Shown here in pieces: positions 62,033-64,000 of a DNA stretch of 64,000 nucleotides. Positions within the stretch are counted from its first letter, which is position 1, and each line of letters starts with the position of its first letter. Location of the stretch: sequence record MG592456.1, one strand, 5' to 3'. Under the pieces are notes generated by a model that saw nothing but the letters and a program-made list of their open reading frames with translations, was not told the origin of the DNA and searched no databases. The position numbers and the translations under genes are program-made.

Positions 62033-63268
62033 ATGAAAGGGTATTTCTATCACAATTCGATACGAAAATACGTACTTCTGATGGGAAACTTGTTCTCGAA
62101 TATATACGTCGCTAGAGGTGATGAATATAGAAAGGTGCCAATTACAGTGTCGTCAAAGGAGCAATTCGTTGCTGCTTTGAATAGTCAAGAACTGAATGGC
62201 GACAACTCAATTGCAAAAGTGGCGACGATGTTGCCACGCATTGGGTTAGACATGGTTTCGTGTACGTACGATTCGACTCGAAAAACAAACATTACAAATC
62301 GAAAATTGTCTCGCGACGTTACGGGAGACAGACCGAAGTCAAATACTCAATTTAATCCAGTGCCGTACGATTTTGAATTTGAGGTTAGTTTATATACGCG
62401 ACATCAAGACGATGCGTTTCAGATTATAGAACAGATTCTACCATACTTTCAGCCACAATTCAATGTAATGATCAAAGAATTGAACGAAAGTGAAGTTGTA
62501 GTTGATCAGCGCGATATTCCAATCATTCTGGAATCTGCTGTGCCTGAGACGACATTTGAAGGTGGTGCAGGTGAAATGCGTCACATCGAATGGACGCTGA
62601 ATATGCGTATGAAAGGCTGGTTATATCCACCTACAAGCTCACAATTCGGTGAAATTCGCACGATTTACTTGGATTTCAACGACGAAGAACAAGTGATCAT
62701 ACATGCTGAACGTGTTCCGGTCGAAAGTACATCTGAATTCACGTGGTTACGCCGCAGTGAAGTATCGCTTGATTATGAGGCATCATGGAGATCTTCCGTT
62801 GATTCGCTGTATGACGTAGAGTGGGATTATCAGCCAGTTGTAGAAGCAAGTTATTCTACTGATTGGTACCAACGTCCTCAAGTCGATGCTGAATATGAAC
62901 ATAGATTCAACGTGAGGTCAGAGATTGATTTGACTCTAGAATCTGCATGGGATTATCAAACAGTTGTCGACGGGGTTTATTCAGTCGAGTGGGATTATCA
63001 GTCAGTTGTAGATGCAAGTTATTCCATTGAGTGGGATTATCAGTCAGTTGTAGACGCAAGTTATTCCATTGAGTGGGATTATCAGTCAGTTGTAGATGCA
63101 GGTTATTCAACCGAATGGGATTATCAGTCAGTTGTAGATGCAAGTTATTCAACCGAATGGGATTATCCACCTTCGACAGTTGTAGATGCAAGTTATTCAA
63201 CCGAATGGTCTCGTCGTTCTGAAGTTAGTGCCTACTCCAATACGTTGTGGGAGAGCGAAGACTTCTAA
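62033..63268 (+). CDS. 15: tail terminator gp15 with C-terminal 14-aa repeat extension
   Basis: YFYH.SIRKY...G.LF, VPI....KE, LPR, QILPYFQP; followed by YSxEWDYQSVVDAS repeats. Confidence 0.93.
   Translation: MKGYFYHNSIRKYVLLMGNLFSNIYVARGDEYRKVPITVSSKEQFVAALNSQELNGDNSIAKVATMLPRIGLDMVSCTYDSTRKTNITNRKLSRDVTGDRPKSNTQFNPVPYDFEFEVSLYTRHQDDAFQIIEQILPYFQPQFNVMIKELNESEVVVDQRDIPIILESAVPETTFEGGAGEMRHIEWTLNMRMKGWLYPPTSSQFGEIRTIYLDFNDEEQVIIHAERVPVESTSEFTWLRRSEVSLDYEASWRSSVDSLYDVEWDYQPVVEASYSTDWYQRPQVDAEYEHRFNVRSEIDLTLESAWDYQTVVDGVYSVEWDYQSVVDASYSIEWDYQSVVDASYSIEWDYQSVVDAGYSTEWDYQSVVDASYSTEWDYPPSTVVDASYSTEWSRRSEVSAYSNTLWESEDF
62760..63240 (+). repeat. 42-bp coding tandem repeat (~10 degenerate copies, the last 5 near-perfect)
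   Basis: GAGTGGGATTATCAGTCAGTTGTAGATGCAAGTTATTCCATT unit. Confidence 0.9.
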
Positions 63269-63341
63269 ATCAATGTTTTGTACATAAACTCAACGGTCTT
63301 CTAAATAAGAAGACCGCACTATTTTTTACGGAGATCTATAA

Positions 63342-63890
63342 ATGGCTATTTTAACTAGTGATTTAAAATTTAACAAAAGCCTGCACGTCGTTGCAGCATC
63401 GGTGGGAAATGGAAACACTCATGACCTAGAAATAGATTCACTTGGTGGGGGTATTAGTGAGACTGAATTAATTTCAGGTGAGCTACATGGTCTGTTCGAC
63501 GCAGTCCCATCGTCAGAAGCGCTTTCAGGTCGCACTGAGTATCGTTTAATTTACGTGCGCAACAATCACGCCACGCAAACTTTATATGATGCGCGAGTAT
63601 TCATCACTGCGAATACAGTTTCCCTTGAGTCCACTATGGAAATCGGGCTTGATCCCGTTGCTGGAAATGCAGAAGATTCCGTTATTTTACTAGACGACGA
63701 AGTTGATTCTGGTGACGCTCTTCAGGCTGTTGTGTGGGCAGAACATGCTACATTTGCAGAGGGGTTATCGATTGGTAATTTGAATGCAGGTGAGCAACGC
63801 GCAATTTGGGCTCGTCGAATAATTGATGCAGGCGCAACACCCACTGCTGAATCGGCTACATTTGTCATTAGAGGCGACACTGACGCATAA
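63342..63890 (+). CDS. late, probably structural, hypothetical protein
   Basis: GGAG RBS, CTAAATA upstream; LFD.V...EA..G..EYR.IYVRN motif recognised from phage virion proteins. Confidence 0.7.
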   Translation: MAILTSDLKFNKSLHVVAASVGNGNTHDLEIDSLGGGISETELISGELHGLFDAVPSSEALSGRTEYRLIYVRNNHATQTLYDARVFITANTVSLESTMEIGLDPVAGNAEDSVILLDDEVDSGDALQAVVWAEHATFAEGLSIGNLNAGEQRAIWARRIIDAGATPTAESATFVIRGDTDA

Positions 63891-64000
63891 TCGCGTGATT
63901 AAAAGCTGTGTGCTTAACGTACGCAGCTTTTAATCGTCTCGACTAGTGCTTGTGTACAATTAACGCAAATACGCTTATGAGAGCGTTTAGAGAGGAAAAC

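Noticed and set aside
62760-63240. CRISPR-like array
   Set aside because: The 42-bp units are contiguous, in frame within gp15, and have no unique spacers.

Overview
This window is part of a large T4-like myophage genome. Gene order, AsiA, PhoH, QueE, a lysozyme-less gp5 and two gp12 paralogues suggest a KVP40/nt-1-like Vibrio phage (host is inferred, not shown). Bases 1-6.4 kb carry auxiliary genes: queE (cut by the window edge), an ART-fold protein with a capsid-targeting-like N-terminus, an M15 peptidase, phoH, asiA and a DUF2829/Tad2-like gene. Bases 6.4-20.7 kb carry a holin-position membrane gene, two paralogous S74-chaperone tail fibres, a DUF458 RNase-H-like gene, a DUF2828 (TROVE-like/vWA) gene, an Ig-repeat protein and internal-head-like proteins. 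Bases 20.7-30 kb form a minus-strand cluster of 26 tRNAs covering all 20 amino acids, interleaved with a Seg-like homing endonuclease, small ORFs and many non-tRNA structured RNAs. Bases 30-64 kb are the morphogenesis block (57B, 57A, 1, 3, tape measure, 26, 54, 2, 4, 48, 53, 27, 5, PAAR, 25, 6-12, wac, 13-15). The most interesting signal is an RNA motif with fixed geometry (6-7 bp helix, exactly 3 nt, then C(A/U)GCAA(A/C)(C/U)) found six times. One copy is in the leader of the DUF2828 gene, where its helix traps the start codon. The other five are in or beside the tRNA cluster: a circularly permuted YrlA-like tRNA mimic with a Lys anticodon loop, a 58-nt mini-RNA with a Glu loop, two tRNA bodies carrying the motif as an insert (one with a UCA loop), and one larger RNA. 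I infer a phage Ro60/Y-RNA-like ribonucleoprotein system that may be autoregulated and may act as an anticodon decoy or in tRNA repair. All identifications and pairings were made by eye, with no database search or folding calculation, so novelty is unverified.
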